Shown: one piece after another, positions 36,462-46,138 of the stretch
Position numbering within the stretch: position 1 is the stretch's first letter
How the letters are laid out: each line of letters begins with the position of its first letter
Virus record (IMG/VR): IMGVR_UViG_2556921664_000001
Span: 8,766-72,765 of that record
Length of the DNA: 64,000 nucleotides
Strand: one strand, 5' to 3'
Origin: a virus
Taxonomy: Duplodnaviria; Caudoviricetes
Notes under the pieces: generated by a model
Databases searched by the model: none
Told to the model about the DNA's origin: nothing
The model's input: only the letters and a program-made list of their open reading frames with translations
Program-made: the position numbers and the translations under genes

Positions 36462-36796
36462 AATGCATCAACTCCTGTTCTGTAATCTATGACCTTCATT
36501 TTAAGGCCATCTTCAATCATATCTACTGCCTGAACCCGCATAAATCCGAGGTCAGTCATTGTTCTGTTTACCCGTCTATAAATATTGTGATAGTTCCCGT
36601 CCTTGGTTATGATATGTATTCTTACAGTCACCCTGGACTGAAGCTCCACGTTGTCCCCATGAAGGGCTGGGACATCAGATATTACCTTATAGACGATATT
36701 GGGGTATTTACATCCATGAGGACTAAGCTGATGATAGATCCCCTTCACTCCCAGAAGGATATCTGTCCTTAGTGCCTCAACAATTTTTTCAATCAT
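36458..36796 (-). CDS. Tail completion/terminator protein
   Basis: Position, and YPNIVY...DLGFMR pattern. Confidence 0.7.
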   Translation of the reverse strand: MIEKIVEALRTDILLGVKGIYHQLSPHGCKYPNIVYKVISDVPALHGDNVELQSRVTVRIHIITKDGNYHNIYRRVNRTMTDLGFMRVQAVDMIEDGLKMKVIDYRTGVDAL

Positions 36797-36800
36797 GCTC

Positions 36801-37145
36801 TCACCTCTTTAGGCTTTCCTGCACAGCTTCGGCTATATTTTCCCTTATGGTGTTTCGCAAAGCATCCAACGCCGGATACAAAAATGGTTCATTTATCATA
36901 GGCGAGAACTCAACAAACCTACCATAAGGTACGCCATTATCATTAGTGGCATCTGCCACAACCTTTATTTTAGTTCCGCCCCGCAAAACCACTTTATGAA
37001 TGGATTCCTTAAGGGCTCCAGTTCTCACCGGACATCTGGTTTTTGCATCATTTACTACCATATCCGCCCCATTACTTAGTGCATCCTTGGCAGCCTTTGT
37101 AGCTTTTTCACCAATATCCTGAAAAACATCGGATAAAGAACTCAT
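36801..37145 (-). CDS. HK97 gp10-like protein
   Basis: AKTRCPVRTGALKESI...YGRFVEF...PFLYPA. Confidence 0.82.
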   Translation of the reverse strand: MSSLSDVFQDIGEKATKAAKDALSNGADMVVNDAKTRCPVRTGALKESIHKVVLRGGTKIKVVADATNDNGVPYGRFVEFSPMINEPFLYPALDALRNTIRENIAEAVQESLKR

Positions 37146-37456
37146 ACTATCACCTTCACCATAAGAGTCAGCCTGCCAATGCGTTTATCCCCGAGCACAG
37201 TCAGGATTTCATAAGCCACATTACCATGTAGTATCCGCATTTTCTGTGTTACTCCATCAAGGTAGCGGATATAGATTTTAAACTGTGTTTCAGACATAGC
37301 CTGCTCAGCGGCAAAGTATTCTCTGCCGCTTACAGGAACTATATCCGCCCAGACTTCCTTAAAATCTGTCCACTCCTCCTTGGGATTGGCATACATATCT
37401 GTTTCATCTGTTGGAATTTGAAGTGTTATACGATAACGCATTTTCCCTACCTTCAT
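37142..37456 (-). CDS. Head closure / head-tail adaptor protein
   Basis: GKMRYRITLQ...EVWADIVPVSGREYFAA. Confidence 0.85.
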   Translation of the reverse strand: MKVGKMRYRITLQIPTDETDMYANPKEEWTDFKEVWADIVPVSGREYFAAEQAMSETQFKIYIRYLDGVTQKMRILHGNVAYEILTVLGDKRIGRLTLMVKVIV

Positions 37457-37731
37457 CAGAAGCCCTCCTTACGGAGTCCGGACAGTAGGTCACGGAGGGT
37501 TAAGGCTAACCCTCTATGATCTGCTTCATCACGGTGCTCATACAGATAAGTCACCGCATAAAAAATAGCCGTTCTCAGCCGAGGATTTTCCCCGTCCAAT
37601 TCCGACTCGTCCTGTCTTAAGATTGCCAGGCATAAATCATTTGCTGTGGCCATAAGCCCTTCAATCAGCTCATCATCATAGTCGCCATCAATCCTAAGAT
37701 ACTGTTTGGTTTCCTCAAGAGTTACCAGCAT
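37456..37731 (-). CDS. Head-tail connector (gp6-like)
   Basis: VTLEETKQYLRID...DDELI...LYEHR. Confidence 0.85.
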   Translation of the reverse strand: MLVTLEETKQYLRIDGDYDDELIEGLMATANDLCLAILRQDESELDGENPRLRTAIFYAVTYLYEHRDEADHRGLALTLRDLLSGLRKEGF

Positions 37732-37745
37732 TTACCTCACCTCTA

Positions 37746-38945
37746 TTATGGCTTGGAAGAAGTACCCTTCATAGAAAGAATCTGAACTGCTTCTGGGAGG
37801 ATAAGGCGCCCATCGACACGTTCTTTCATCACATATCCCACCATACCGTTACCAGCGAAGAGTTCCTTCAGTTCCTGCATGGAACGTGTACCGCGGTCAC
37901 CGATGTTATAGTAGGAGTAATCACCAAATGCCATAGCTGGCTTTCCTGTCGCAGATTCTGGTGCATATTCAGAGGTGTGTACCTCATACCCTAAAATACG
38001 ATCTGGTTCACCTGCAGTAAGTGCCGGCTGCCACATATACACGCCATTGTTATCCTTCAGCTTACGAATAGAAGCCAAAGTCTTATCGTTAGTGATAAAT
38101 GCCGCATTCTTGCGGTACGGACGCTTAAGGTTATAAATCAGGGTGATGATATCATCGGCACTAATGCTATTGCTGGAAGTCGTGGTATTAAACTGTCCAC
38201 CCTTTTCAGCATCAAAAATGCCTGTAGGCTTACCTTTGCCATCACCATTAAGGAAGGCATCTTCTTCTGCATTGGCCAGTGCTTTACCAAACTGGTCGAT
38301 GATGTAACTTTCGAGGTTAAAGGCATTATCGTAGAGAAGCTCCTCAGTAATCTTGATAGCCACATGGAGCTTATATGCATCAAGCATAATCTGGTCAAAG
38401 GTTGCCTCACCAAAACCGAGGGTCTCTCCTTCTTCAATCCAGGCAGCTGCTGGCTTTGTGGCAGCAATATTGATTTTGTGCTGCCCGGAGGTGGTAATCT
38501 TAGTAGAAAGATTACGCATAATGTTTTCTGCATTCAACACATCAACGAGACGCTTATCATACTCAACTGGCACGAGATAACCACCCTGCTGGTCATCACC
38601 TTCCTTAAGAACATTACTGATATTGCGGAAGCGGCTGCGGGTTGCTGCCAACATTTCCTTACGGTATTCATCCGTAGCACGGAAATTGGCTGGTGCCTTA
38701 CCAGAAGATGGTTCATTGGTAATAGGCGTACTAGTTGGCTTATCAAGCTCCCTATCAATAACCGCCTGACGCTGCAGGCGATCGATGGACTTTTTCATAT
38801 CCACCACATCAGCCTCCATCTTCTCATAGGTGGCAGCATCTTCAGCAGAGAGCTTACCATCTTCATCAGTATGAGTATCAAGGAAATTCTTGGCCTCTGC
38901 CCAAAGCTTAGCACGTTTTTCAATCAGTTCATTAATCTTATCCAT
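37746..38945 (-). CDS. Major capsid protein, HK97 fold
   Basis: N-terminal coiled-coil delta domain, GGYLVP, WIEEG, ITEELLYD, FGDYS, RVDG. Confidence 0.95.
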   Translation of the reverse strand: MDKINELIEKRAKLWAEAKNFLDTHTDEDGKLSAEDAATYEKMEADVVDMKKSIDRLQRQAVIDRELDKPTSTPITNEPSSGKAPANFRATDEYRKEMLAATRSRFRNISNVLKEGDDQQGGYLVPVEYDKRLVDVLNAENIMRNLSTKITTSGQHKINIAATKPAAAWIEEGETLGFGEATFDQIMLDAYKLHVAIKITEELLYDNAFNLESYIIDQFGKALANAEEDAFLNGDGKGKPTGIFDAEKGGQFNTTTSSNSISADDIITLIYNLKRPYRKNAAFITNDKTLASIRKLKDNNGVYMWQPALTAGEPDRILGYEVHTSEYAPESATGKPAMAFGDYSYYNIGDRGTRSMQELKELFAGNGMVGYVMKERVDGRLILPEAVQILSMKGTSSKP

Positions 38946-38946
38946 T

Positions 38947-39642
38947 TTACATTCCTCCTAAAATAACTAAACGCTTCTGAAGTTCAGAAGCGTCAATACG
39001 ATTATCTGCTACCTTTTTGGCAGCTTTAAATTTATCCAAGAATGAATTGGTCACCGCAGCCCTTGAAAAAATCATGGCCTCCGGCTCATCATCCTCATCG
39101 GTGTCATAAAGAATACTGTCGGCAAATCCAAGCTCCACAGCCTTTTTGGCATTGAACCAGGACTCGGCATTCATCATGTTGGACAGCTGCTTTCTTGGAA
39201 GTCCAGTCTTAAGCTCGTAAGCATTGATGATGGATTCCTTTACTTCGGAAAGCATCTCTATGGCTTTCTTCATTTCCCGTTCATCCCCGATGGAGACAGT
39301 AGCAGGATTATGAATCATCATCATGCCAACAGGGGATATGGCCACATGACTTCCAGCCATAGCAATTACCGAAGCTGCTGAAGCAGCAATGCCATCAATG
39401 TGAACATCAACGCATCCTGGGTATTCCATGAGCATGTTATATATCTGTGCAGCAGCAAAACAATCCCCGCCAGGAGAATTAATCCAAACAGTGACTTTAC
39501 CCTGGCAACTGTTAAGCTCGTTTCTAAATTCTTCAGGTGTGACTTCATCACCGAACCAAGTCTGGTCAGAGATTTCCCCATTGAGCATAAGTATTCTTTC
39601 ATCATTATCATTCCTCACCCAATTCCAAAATTTACGACTCAT
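38947..39642 (-). CDS. ClpP-like prohead maturation protease
   Basis: INSPGG, GIAASAASVIAM, MMIHNP, ESWFNAKKAVELGFAD. Confidence 0.92.
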   Translation of the reverse strand: MSRKFWNWVRNDNDERILMLNGEISDQTWFGDEVTPEEFRNELNSCQGKVTVWINSPGGDCFAAAQIYNMLMEYPGCVDVHIDGIAASAASVIAMAGSHVAISPVGMMMIHNPATVSIGDEREMKKAIEMLSEVKESIINAYELKTGLPRKQLSNMMNAESWFNAKKAVELGFADSILYDTDEDDEPEAMIFSRAAVTNSFLDKFKAAKKVADNRIDASELQKRLVILGGM

Positions 39643-40888
39643 CTAAATCATTCCTTTCAGCAGGCTTTGCAAAAATACCCGCGTCTTTTAACTTTGTAAG
39701 ATTTCCGTTAATAAGGTATAGATTACCTCCTTCCTCAGCAGGAATAGGATTCATGTTCTCCAGCTCCCTTATGTCATTTGCTGACATCCAGCCATTCTGC
39801 CTTGCCACAGCATAGCCATTCATCCGGCTCTGATAGTCCCCACGAAGAAGACCATCCACATTGAACCTGAAGAACAGCTGACTCTTTTCTGATGGCAGCA
39901 AAAGTGCCTGCTGCATTGCTTGTTCCCAGCGAACTATCCAAGGATTAAGGGTGTACATTACAAAATCCAAGGACTGCTGCTCAATATTAGAAAAGCTCGA
40001 CTTTTCAAGATCACCTACCATGTGTGGCGGTACTCTGAAAATTCGAGCTATCTCATTGATTTGAAATTTTCTGGTTTCAAGGAACTGTGCTTCATTAGGC
40101 GGTATGGCCATCTGCTTGAAAGTCATTCCTTCCTCCAGAACAGCAACGCTGTGACTGTTCTTACCAGAGAACTGGGACTTCCAGCTTTGGCGAAGTTTCT
40201 CAGGATCTTTAACAACACCTGGGTGTTCAAGTATTCCTCCCGGAGTGGCTCCATTGGCAAAGAAGGTAGCTCCATATTCCTCAGTGGCTATCGCAATACC
40301 GATGGCATTCTTGGCCATGGCAATAGGGCTGTATCCTATAAGGCCATCAAATCCAAGGCCCGGAATATGAAGCACATCCTCTCTTTTGAGAACCACTTCT
40401 TCATCCCGCTTCTCGGATCCTGCTTCATCAGAATTGCGTCTGTAGGTATATATCAGCCGCCCAGCCTTATTACGGCTTACATCCATCTTGTTTGGAAGAA
40501 GCGGATAAAGGCCGACCACCTCACCTTTGCCATTCCTTATAATCTGGGCATAGGCATTCCCCCAGAGAAGCAGATGGCTCATCATAGTCTCCCTGAAGAT
40601 AAAGCTGGTCATCTCAGGATTTGGCTCATCATGCAAAAGATGATAAAGCGGATGGCTGTAGAGCTTTTCCTTGCTGCCCTCCGCCCCGTACTGGTACACA
40701 TTAAGGGGCAGACTGGCTATTGCCTCAGAAAGTATTCTGACACAGGCATATACAGCAGTAACCTGCATGGATGTCCGTTCATTGACATTTCTCCCTGCGG
40801 TAGTGCCGCCAAATAAAAAAGGCCAATGGACTGATAAATAATCCTTTGGCTTATCCCTTGAACGAAACAGTTTAGAAAATAGATTCAT
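39632..40888 (-). CDS. Portal protein, HK97 family
   Basis: AVYACVRILSEAIASLP, LLLWGNAY, VLHIPGLGFDG, QFLETRKF, EIARIFRVPP. Confidence 0.95.
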   Translation of the reverse strand: MNLFSKLFRSRDKPKDYLSVHWPFLFGGTTAGRNVNERTSMQVTAVYACVRILSEAIASLPLNVYQYGAEGSKEKLYSHPLYHLLHDEPNPEMTSFIFRETMMSHLLLWGNAYAQIIRNGKGEVVGLYPLLPNKMDVSRNKAGRLIYTYRRNSDEAGSEKRDEEVVLKREDVLHIPGLGFDGLIGYSPIAMAKNAIGIAIATEEYGATFFANGATPGGILEHPGVVKDPEKLRQSWKSQFSGKNSHSVAVLEEGMTFKQMAIPPNEAQFLETRKFQINEIARIFRVPPHMVGDLEKSSFSNIEQQSLDFVMYTLNPWIVRWEQAMQQALLLPSEKSQLFFRFNVDGLLRGDYQSRMNGYAVARQNGWMSANDIRELENMNPIPAEEGGNLYLINGNLTKLKDAGIFAKPAERNDLDES

Positions 40889-40936
40889 AGGCTGATGCCT
40901 CCTTTACATATTCACAATCCTATGATAATATCTATA

Positions 40937-40965
40937 TTGACCAACCCTACTGAATAGGGTAAAAT
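40937..40965 (+). promoter_or_regulatory. TA promoter with a palindromic operator in the spacer
   Basis: TTGACC-17 nt-TAAAAT; ACCCTA/TAGGGT inverted repeat at 40944-40960. Confidence 0.7.
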
Positions 40966-40983
40966 TTAAATAGGGGTAATCAA

Positions 40984-41337
40984 ATGAAAGTAAGCAGAAA
41001 ATTTATCCACGGTGAATTGTTTGAAAAACAGTGGAAAGAACTTGGACTAACGGATGAAAATCTTAGAGAACTTCAATCCATTCTTTTAGAAAATCCTAAA
41101 ATTGGCCCTGTTATGTCTGGTACTGGCCGCCTTAGAAAGCTTCGATATAGCTATGGAAACAGAGGAAAATCTCATTGTGCCAGAGTATGTTATGTAGATT
41201 TTGAAATTAGTGGAACGATTTTCTTAATCATGGTATTCGCTAAAAATGAGATGGAAAACCTCTCCAAAACCGAGAGGAACAACATCAAATTGTTAATTGA
41301 TAAACTTGAGAAGATCTATGCCAGAAAGGATGTGTAA
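40984..41337 (+). CDS. RelE/HigB-family toxin
   Basis: LQSILLENPKIG..MSGTGRLRKLR...RGKSHCARVCY...FAKNEMENL; toxin-first order. Confidence 0.85.
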   Translation: MKVSRKFIHGELFEKQWKELGLTDENLRELQSILLENPKIGPVMSGTGRLRKLRYSYGNRGKSHCARVCYVDFEISGTIFLIMVFAKNEMENLSKTERNNIKLLIDKLEKIYARKDV

Positions 41338-41340
41338 GAT

Positions 41341-41652
41341 ATGAGTAAAGCATATGATATGATAAGTGCATCTTTAAATGAAATTATTGATGATATTGAA
41401 GTTACCAATGGTGCCAATCTAAAACAAACAGTATTGACAATTGATGTCGATACCGTACGTAACTTCACTCCAAGTGAAATACGAAATATCCGTATGGAAA
41501 ATAATCTTACTCAAAACCTGCTTGCCAAGTTTTTATGTGTAAGCAAAAAAACTATAGAAGCATGGGAATCTGGCAGAAATACTCCAAACGGACCATCCAA
41601 GCGTCTGCTTGAGTTATTGGCTAAAAAAGCTGTAGCACCTGTTGTGTCTTAA
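41341..41652 (+). CDS. HigA-like XRE HTH antitoxin
   Basis: LTQNLLAKFLCVSKKTIEAWESGRNTPNG. Confidence 0.85.
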   Translation: MSKAYDMISASLNEIIDDIEVTNGANLKQTVLTIDVDTVRNFTPSEIRNIRMENNLTQNLLAKFLCVSKKTIEAWESGRNTPNGPSKRLLELLAKKAVAPVVS

Positions 41653-43241
41653 ATCAACAATATTCCACGCTCATCATATACACTTTCACCATTATCCAAT
41701 CCACAGCGGATTGCTCGGTCAAGAGCCATTATCGTGGCCACAACACCGTCAATCTTCTCTGTGGATTTTTCTTTGTCCGGTTTTATGTTCCCGGCTGGAT
41801 CTGTCTTTATGAAGATGTTGTCCATCATCCATCTAAGGACCGGATGGCCGCCATGGGCCAATTTCTGCTCCAGGGTCAGCTTCATCAATTCCTTGGTTGG
41901 TGGGTTCATATCCTTAAAGCCCTGCCCAAACGGAACCACAGTAAAACCCATACCCTCAAGATTCTGCACCATCTGCACAGCTCCCCAGCGGTCATAGGCA
42001 ATTTCCCGGATATTGAACCTTTCATTCAGCTTCTCGATAAACTGCTCAATATATCCGTAATGGACCACATTTCCTTCAGTTGTAAGAAGCGTCCCCTGCT
42101 TCTCCCACACATCATAAGGCACATGATCGCGCCTTACCCTAAGGTCAACATTGTCCTCCGGAATCCAAAAATAAGGGAGAATGTAGTATTTATCCTCCTC
42201 ATCAAGTGGCGGGAACACCAGCACAAAGGCTGTAATATCTGTTGTACTGGAAAGGTCAAGACCTCCATAGCAGACACGTCCTTCCAGTTCATCCTCATTG
42301 ACTGTAAAAGCACATTTATCCCATTTATCCATCGGCATCCATCTGACAGCCTGCTTTACCCATTGGTTTAGGCGAAGCTGCCTGAAGGAGTTCTCCTCTG
42401 CCGGGTTCTGCTTGGCTGACTCGCAGGCCGCCACCACCTTATCTATTGTGATTGTTTCACCAAGTGAAGGATTAGCCTTTTTCCACACTTCCGGGCTCGT
42501 CCAATCCTCGGACTCGGCAGCACCATAAATGACAGGATAAAATGTGGGGTCAAACTTCCGCCCCTCAATGATATCCAATGCCTTTTGGTGAAGCTCGTAA
42601 CAAATGGAGTTGGTGTCGTTCCCAGCTGTGGTAATCAAAAAGTACAGAGGCTGTTCTCTTGCATCTCCGGAGCCTTTCGTAAGAACATCGTAGAGTTTTC
42701 TGTTTGGCTGGGTGTGTACCTCATCCAGCACCAGCCCTGAAACATTTAGGCCATGCTTGGTCCCTACCTCTGCAGAAAGCACTTGATAAAATCCATTATT
42801 CAGATGGGACACAATACGTTTATTGGCTCCAAGGCTCTTTGACCTCTTCGCCAATGCCGGGGTCAGTTTCACCATCTGATTGGCAACATCAAACACAATG
42901 GCCGCCTGTTGCCTATCCGCCGCCGCCCCATAAACCTCCGGGGCTGCCTCACCATCGGCAAACAAAAGATAAAGTGCAACGGCAGCGGCTAATTCGCTTT
43001 TACCATTCTTCTTTGGTATTTCAATATAGGCTGTGGTAAACTGCCTGTGGCCATCTTCCTTAACAGTTCCAAAAATATCCCTTATAATCTGTTCCTGCCA
43101 AGGGAGCAGCTTAAAAGGCTTACCGGCCCACCTGCCCTTTGTGTGGCAAAGGCACTCAATAAAGCCTACCGCAAAGTCAGCCTGCCCTTTATCATAATGG
43201 GATGTATCCAGTTTGAATTTTGTAGGCTTATAACCTTCCAT
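41649..43241 (-). CDS. terL: Terminase large subunit
   Basis: LLPWQ, PKKNGKS Walker A, LVLDE Walker B, GLDLS nuclease motif, KIDG. Confidence 0.95.
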   Translation of the reverse strand: MEGYKPTKFKLDTSHYDKGQADFAVGFIECLCHTKGRWAGKPFKLLPWQEQIIRDIFGTVKEDGHRQFTTAYIEIPKKNGKSELAAAVALYLLFADGEAAPEVYGAAADRQQAAIVFDVANQMVKLTPALAKRSKSLGANKRIVSHLNNGFYQVLSAEVGTKHGLNVSGLVLDEVHTQPNRKLYDVLTKGSGDAREQPLYFLITTAGNDTNSICYELHQKALDIIEGRKFDPTFYPVIYGAAESEDWTSPEVWKKANPSLGETITIDKVVAACESAKQNPAEENSFRQLRLNQWVKQAVRWMPMDKWDKCAFTVNEDELEGRVCYGGLDLSSTTDITAFVLVFPPLDEEDKYYILPYFWIPEDNVDLRVRRDHVPYDVWEKQGTLLTTEGNVVHYGYIEQFIEKLNERFNIREIAYDRWGAVQMVQNLEGMGFTVVPFGQGFKDMNPPTKELMKLTLEQKLAHGGHPVLRWMMDNIFIKTDPAGNIKPDKEKSTEKIDGVVATIMALDRAIRCGLDNGESVYDERGILLI

Positions 43242-43343
43242 AAAATTCCCCCAATAAAATAAGCCCCAATCGGGGCCGATACTTTAGTATAGTAAAACTT
43301 TCAAATCCAACACACAGAGTATACTGTGCTCAGTCGTCATCGG

Positions 43344-43403
43344 GCGAAAGTTATTACCATACCATAACAAATGGTATTCTTATTGTATGGTAATAATTTT
43401 CGC
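43344..43403. repeat. 19-bp inverted repeat upstream of terL
   Basis: GCGAAAGTTATTACCATAC ... GTATGGTAATAATTTTCGC, one mismatch, 22-nt loop. Confidence 0.8.
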
Positions 43404-43448
43404 TACGACCAAAAGGCCTCCGAAGAGGGCCTTCCGGCTTTTTTTGTT

Positions 43449-43679
43449 TTAATCCTCGCTGTTTTCCATGGTTGTCAGGATTGTGGCGGCTGACATCAAG
43501 CCCTGTGCCAAGGCGAGCTGCAAGTCCTTAGGTGGTATTGTGTCCCAACCCTTCATCAATGCTTTGTCGATGTTTTCCAAAACCGCCTTCTGGTTGCTGA
43601 GGCGTGGTCCGTCCCAAAGGATCAATGCTACTTCCTCGGTTGCCAATTTGATTTCTTCCAAAATTTCCTGCTTTTCCAT
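43449..43679 (-). CDS. Small hypothetical protein in a promoter cassette (76 aa)
   Basis: Start moved to 43679 on the AAGGAGG RBS; has its own promoter and a downstream hairpin. Confidence 0.7.
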   Translation of the reverse strand: MEKQEILEEIKLATEEVALILWDGPRLSNQKAVLENIDKALMKGWDTIPPKDLQLALAQGLMSAATILTTMENSED

Positions 43680-43713
43680 TTTCTTGTTCCTCCTTTTATT
43701 TTGGGGCTGTTCC

Positions 43714-43771
43714 CCTTTGGTTGTGTACATATTAGCTCTGCTTCGGAGGTATAGCAAGTTATTTAGTACAT
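43714..43771 (-). promoter_or_regulatory. Conserved cassette promoter, copy A
   Basis: TTGCTA-N12-AGAGC-TAATAT; 54 of 58 bases identical to copy B. Confidence 0.8.
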
Positions 43772-43829
43772 AAGTTTTGTATACTTCACTACGAGAAAAC
43801 AACCCTGAATGGGCTGTTTTCATTTGGTT

Positions 43830-44054
43830 TCAGTTAAATCTGCTTTTGAGAATTTCAAGTGCCTTGATGGCAAGTTCCGTCTGTGGTTCAAGATCCCAAC
43901 CCCGGTCGTAATTCAAAATTCTCTCCCCGTCTACCCGGCAGTCCAGCTTGGAAATCCTGCCCTCATCGATTCCGAATTCGGAGCCTTTCTCATAATGCTT
44001 TACCCAATACTCTATCTTGGTTCCATCGATTTCAAGTGTAGCCTTGTCCCACAT
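43830..44054 (-). CDS. Small phage protein (DUF7678-like)
   Basis: YWVKHYEKGSEFGIDEGRISKL...NYDRGWD. Confidence 0.75.
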   Translation of the reverse strand: MWDKATLEIDGTKIEYWVKHYEKGSEFGIDEGRISKLDCRVDGERILNYDRGWDLEPQTELAIKALEILKSRFN

Positions 44055-44069
44055 TGCTGTTTCCTCCCT

Positions 44070-44264
44070 TCAAATCATCTCGTCAAGTTCGCGGTATTCT
44101 CTCTGCCGGCGTTCAATTTCCTGCCTAAGGCACTGGGCCCTGAACCCGTTGCGGCATTCCCTGAGTTCTTTCTCTAGCTTTTTGAGCTCCTCTTTTCTCC
44201 CGGCCATCACCTCGCGGCTGTTGCCTTCCAAAATCTCCTGCTTGTCTTTTTGAAACCTTGTCAT
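44070..44264 (-). CDS. Small coiled-coil phage protein (64 aa)
   Basis: RBS AAGGAGG; charged helical sequence. Confidence 0.75.
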   Translation of the reverse strand: MTRFQKDKQEILEGNSREVMAGRKEELKKLEKELRECRNGFRAQCLRQEIERRQREYRELDEMI

Positions 44265-44282
44265 TTCCTTGTTCCTCCTTTT

Positions 44283-44340
44283 CCTTTGGTTGTGTGTATA
44301 TTAGCTCTGGTTCGGAGGAATAGCAAGTTATTTAGTACAT
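44283..44340 (-). promoter_or_regulatory. Conserved cassette promoter, copy B
   Basis: TTGCTA-N12-AGAGC-TAATAT. Confidence 0.8.
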
Positions 44341-44353
44341 TTATTCTGTTTTA

Positions 44354-44809
44354 TTATTTGCTGTAATCCAAGGCTTCATAAAGGATTTTTAGGTCCAGCC
44401 CGAAGCGCTGGTAGCCTTCCAGCAAAACATCAAAGTACCTCTGGCTTGGAAGGCCAAGGGTTGATTCATCCGGGGGCATTATATAAACCATGCCTTCTCC
44501 CTTCACTCGCCTTCCTGGGCGGTCACCGATGTAATCGAACTCCACGGTTTCCTTGACATAAAAGTGTGGCCAGCCTTCGTAGCGGTCGAGGCGTTCCTCG
44601 TCCTTTTCACTGATTGCCCAAACTACCACCGGAACTGTGCAGCCTTCCTCTTTTTCGATTGTGGCATAGTTCCCGCTTTGGGAGCCCTTGAACATCAGCC
44701 GCCATCCTTTTATAATCCCCTTGCCGACTGGCTCGGCATCAGGGCAACGATGGTACATCTGCTGGAGGCTCATGTTACTTCCGTAGGCTAAATAAATTGA
44801 TTTTTTCAT
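44354..44809 (-). CDS. Gamma-glutamylcyclotransferase (AIG2-like)
   Basis: YLAYGSNM, LMFKGS...ATIE, LDRYEG. Confidence 0.88.
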   Translation of the reverse strand: MKKSIYLAYGSNMSLQQMYHRCPDAEPVGKGIIKGWRLMFKGSQSGNYATIEKEEGCTVPVVVWAISEKDEERLDRYEGWPHFYVKETVEFDYIGDRPGRRVKGEGMVYIMPPDESTLGLPSQRYFDVLLEGYQRFGLDLKILYEALDYSK

Positions 44810-44892
44810 AATCTGAAACTCCCTTCCTAAAAGAAATCACTATCGGCTTCTACCACCCAAAGGCCCCCGAAGGGGCTGGTGTGTGGTTTCCT

Positions 44893-45783
44893 TTAGGAAA
44901 GGCGTCTCCATGCTGAGTTTCCTTCAAGGTTCTTCAAAAGGTGGTGGCGGCAGGTCTTGAACTCGTCACCGTTAAGGCCAAGGCGGAGGAGCCAGCATCT
45001 GAAGGTGTATTTTTCGTTGTCGCTTACGCTTGGCTTGCTGGATGCCTTGGAGGTGTTTATTGCCTTTGCGGTAACCGCCAGGCAAAACTGTATGTAGGCT
45101 TTGAGCTCCCCTGCGTGGAGGGTGCTGTTGAAAAGCCTAAACTCAACCGTTCCCTTGGTGAAGTAGGCGTGAAGGTTAAGGCCGTGGTATCTGCTCTCGT
45201 TGTAATGGCGTTCCCTTCCGTAAGGTGCTTCTTGGTACCAAAGGTCGGCCAGCTTTTCCCTTGTTGTTGGGCGGTGCTTTTCAATCATTTCAATCAGGGC
45301 TTGGTTTGTTTTCTTGCAATAGTATACTCTGGAATTCTTTACCTGGATGGCTTTGTAAAGGATGTCCTCCTTGCTTCTGATGTTCTTTAAAAGGTTGCAA
45401 AGGGTGGCTGGGGTGAAATTCTCGGCTCCGATGTGGATGTGAATTCCTGTGCTTTCGTTTACAATGGCCCCTGCCTTTCTGAGCCTTCTCAAAACTTCCT
45501 GCAGGTCTTCAATGTCCTCGTATCTGAGGATTGGGGTTACAACCTCTGTTTTGTAAAGGTCGCTTGCCCGGCCGCCGTTTTTCTTTTCTGCCTTGATGCT
45601 TGAGTCGCTCATGGCCTTCCAAGTTCTGCCCTTGCTGTCCCCGGCCTGGTAGGTGTCGTAGGTTCCGCCGTAGTGGGTGCTTTCTTTTCCGAAGTAGGCT
45701 GCGATTGTCTTTGCTGCCTTGCTTCTCGTAATCCCTGTCATCTCAATTTCTACCCCAAAGGTCTGTGCTCTTAAATCCATCAT
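44893..45783 (-). CDS. Putative amidoligase (COOH-NH2 ligase type)
   Basis: FGVEIEMTG, DSSI, EVVTPIL, STGIHIH, YHGLNLH, GTVEFRLFNST. Confidence 0.88.
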   Translation of the reverse strand: MMDLRAQTFGVEIEMTGITRSKAAKTIAAYFGKESTHYGGTYDTYQAGDSKGRTWKAMSDSSIKAEKKNGGRASDLYKTEVVTPILRYEDIEDLQEVLRRLRKAGAIVNESTGIHIHIGAENFTPATLCNLLKNIRSKEDILYKAIQVKNSRVYYCKKTNQALIEMIEKHRPTTREKLADLWYQEAPYGRERHYNESRYHGLNLHAYFTKGTVEFRLFNSTLHAGELKAYIQFCLAVTAKAINTSKASSKPSVSDNEKYTFRCWLLRLGLNGDEFKTCRHHLLKNLEGNSAWRRLS

Positions 45784-45832
45784 GTTTTGTCATCCTTTCT
45801 GCTTTTTGCCTTGCTTTGCTTTTGTTGTGTGT

Positions 45833-45861
45833 ATATTGCCATACATGTGTTCTAATAGCAA
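45833..45861 (-). promoter_or_regulatory. Cassette promoter, copy C (variant)
   Basis: TTGCTA-17 nt-CAATAT; same flanks as A and B, but AGAG is replaced by TATG. Confidence 0.65.
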
Positions 45862-45962
45862 GTTATTTACAGAAAGAATCTGTGTTTATTTTTGTATACT
45901 TAAAGCCTTGAAGCAACTAGGGTTACGGGCTTTTTTGCCCGCTTCCCCAGCTGTTTTTTTGC

Positions 45963-46136
45963 TTACTCCCCATGAAGAATGAAATTCACATACTCGGCCT
46001 TGTTTTCAGGAAGGAACTCCGCCAGCTCGGTAAATTCCATAAGTTCCGCAATTTCCTTCACCCTTATGATGTCGAACATATTTGTTGCCCCGGTCTGCCT
46101 GATGTCCAGTATCTGGTTTTTGATTTCCTCGGTCAT
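45963..46136 (-). CDS. DUF5049-like small protein (57 aa)
   Basis: Not in the ORF track. MTEEIKNQILDIRQTGATNMFD...YVNFILHGE*. Confidence 0.75.
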   Translation of the reverse strand: MTEEIKNQILDIRQTGATNMFDIIRVKEIAELMEFTELAEFLPENKAEYVNFILHGE

Positions 46137-46138
46137 GA

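Noticed and set aside
38364-40816. 200-aa and 298-aa plus-strand ORFs opposite the capsid and portal genes
   Set aside because: Antisense to highly conserved structural genes; no RBS or recognisable domains.
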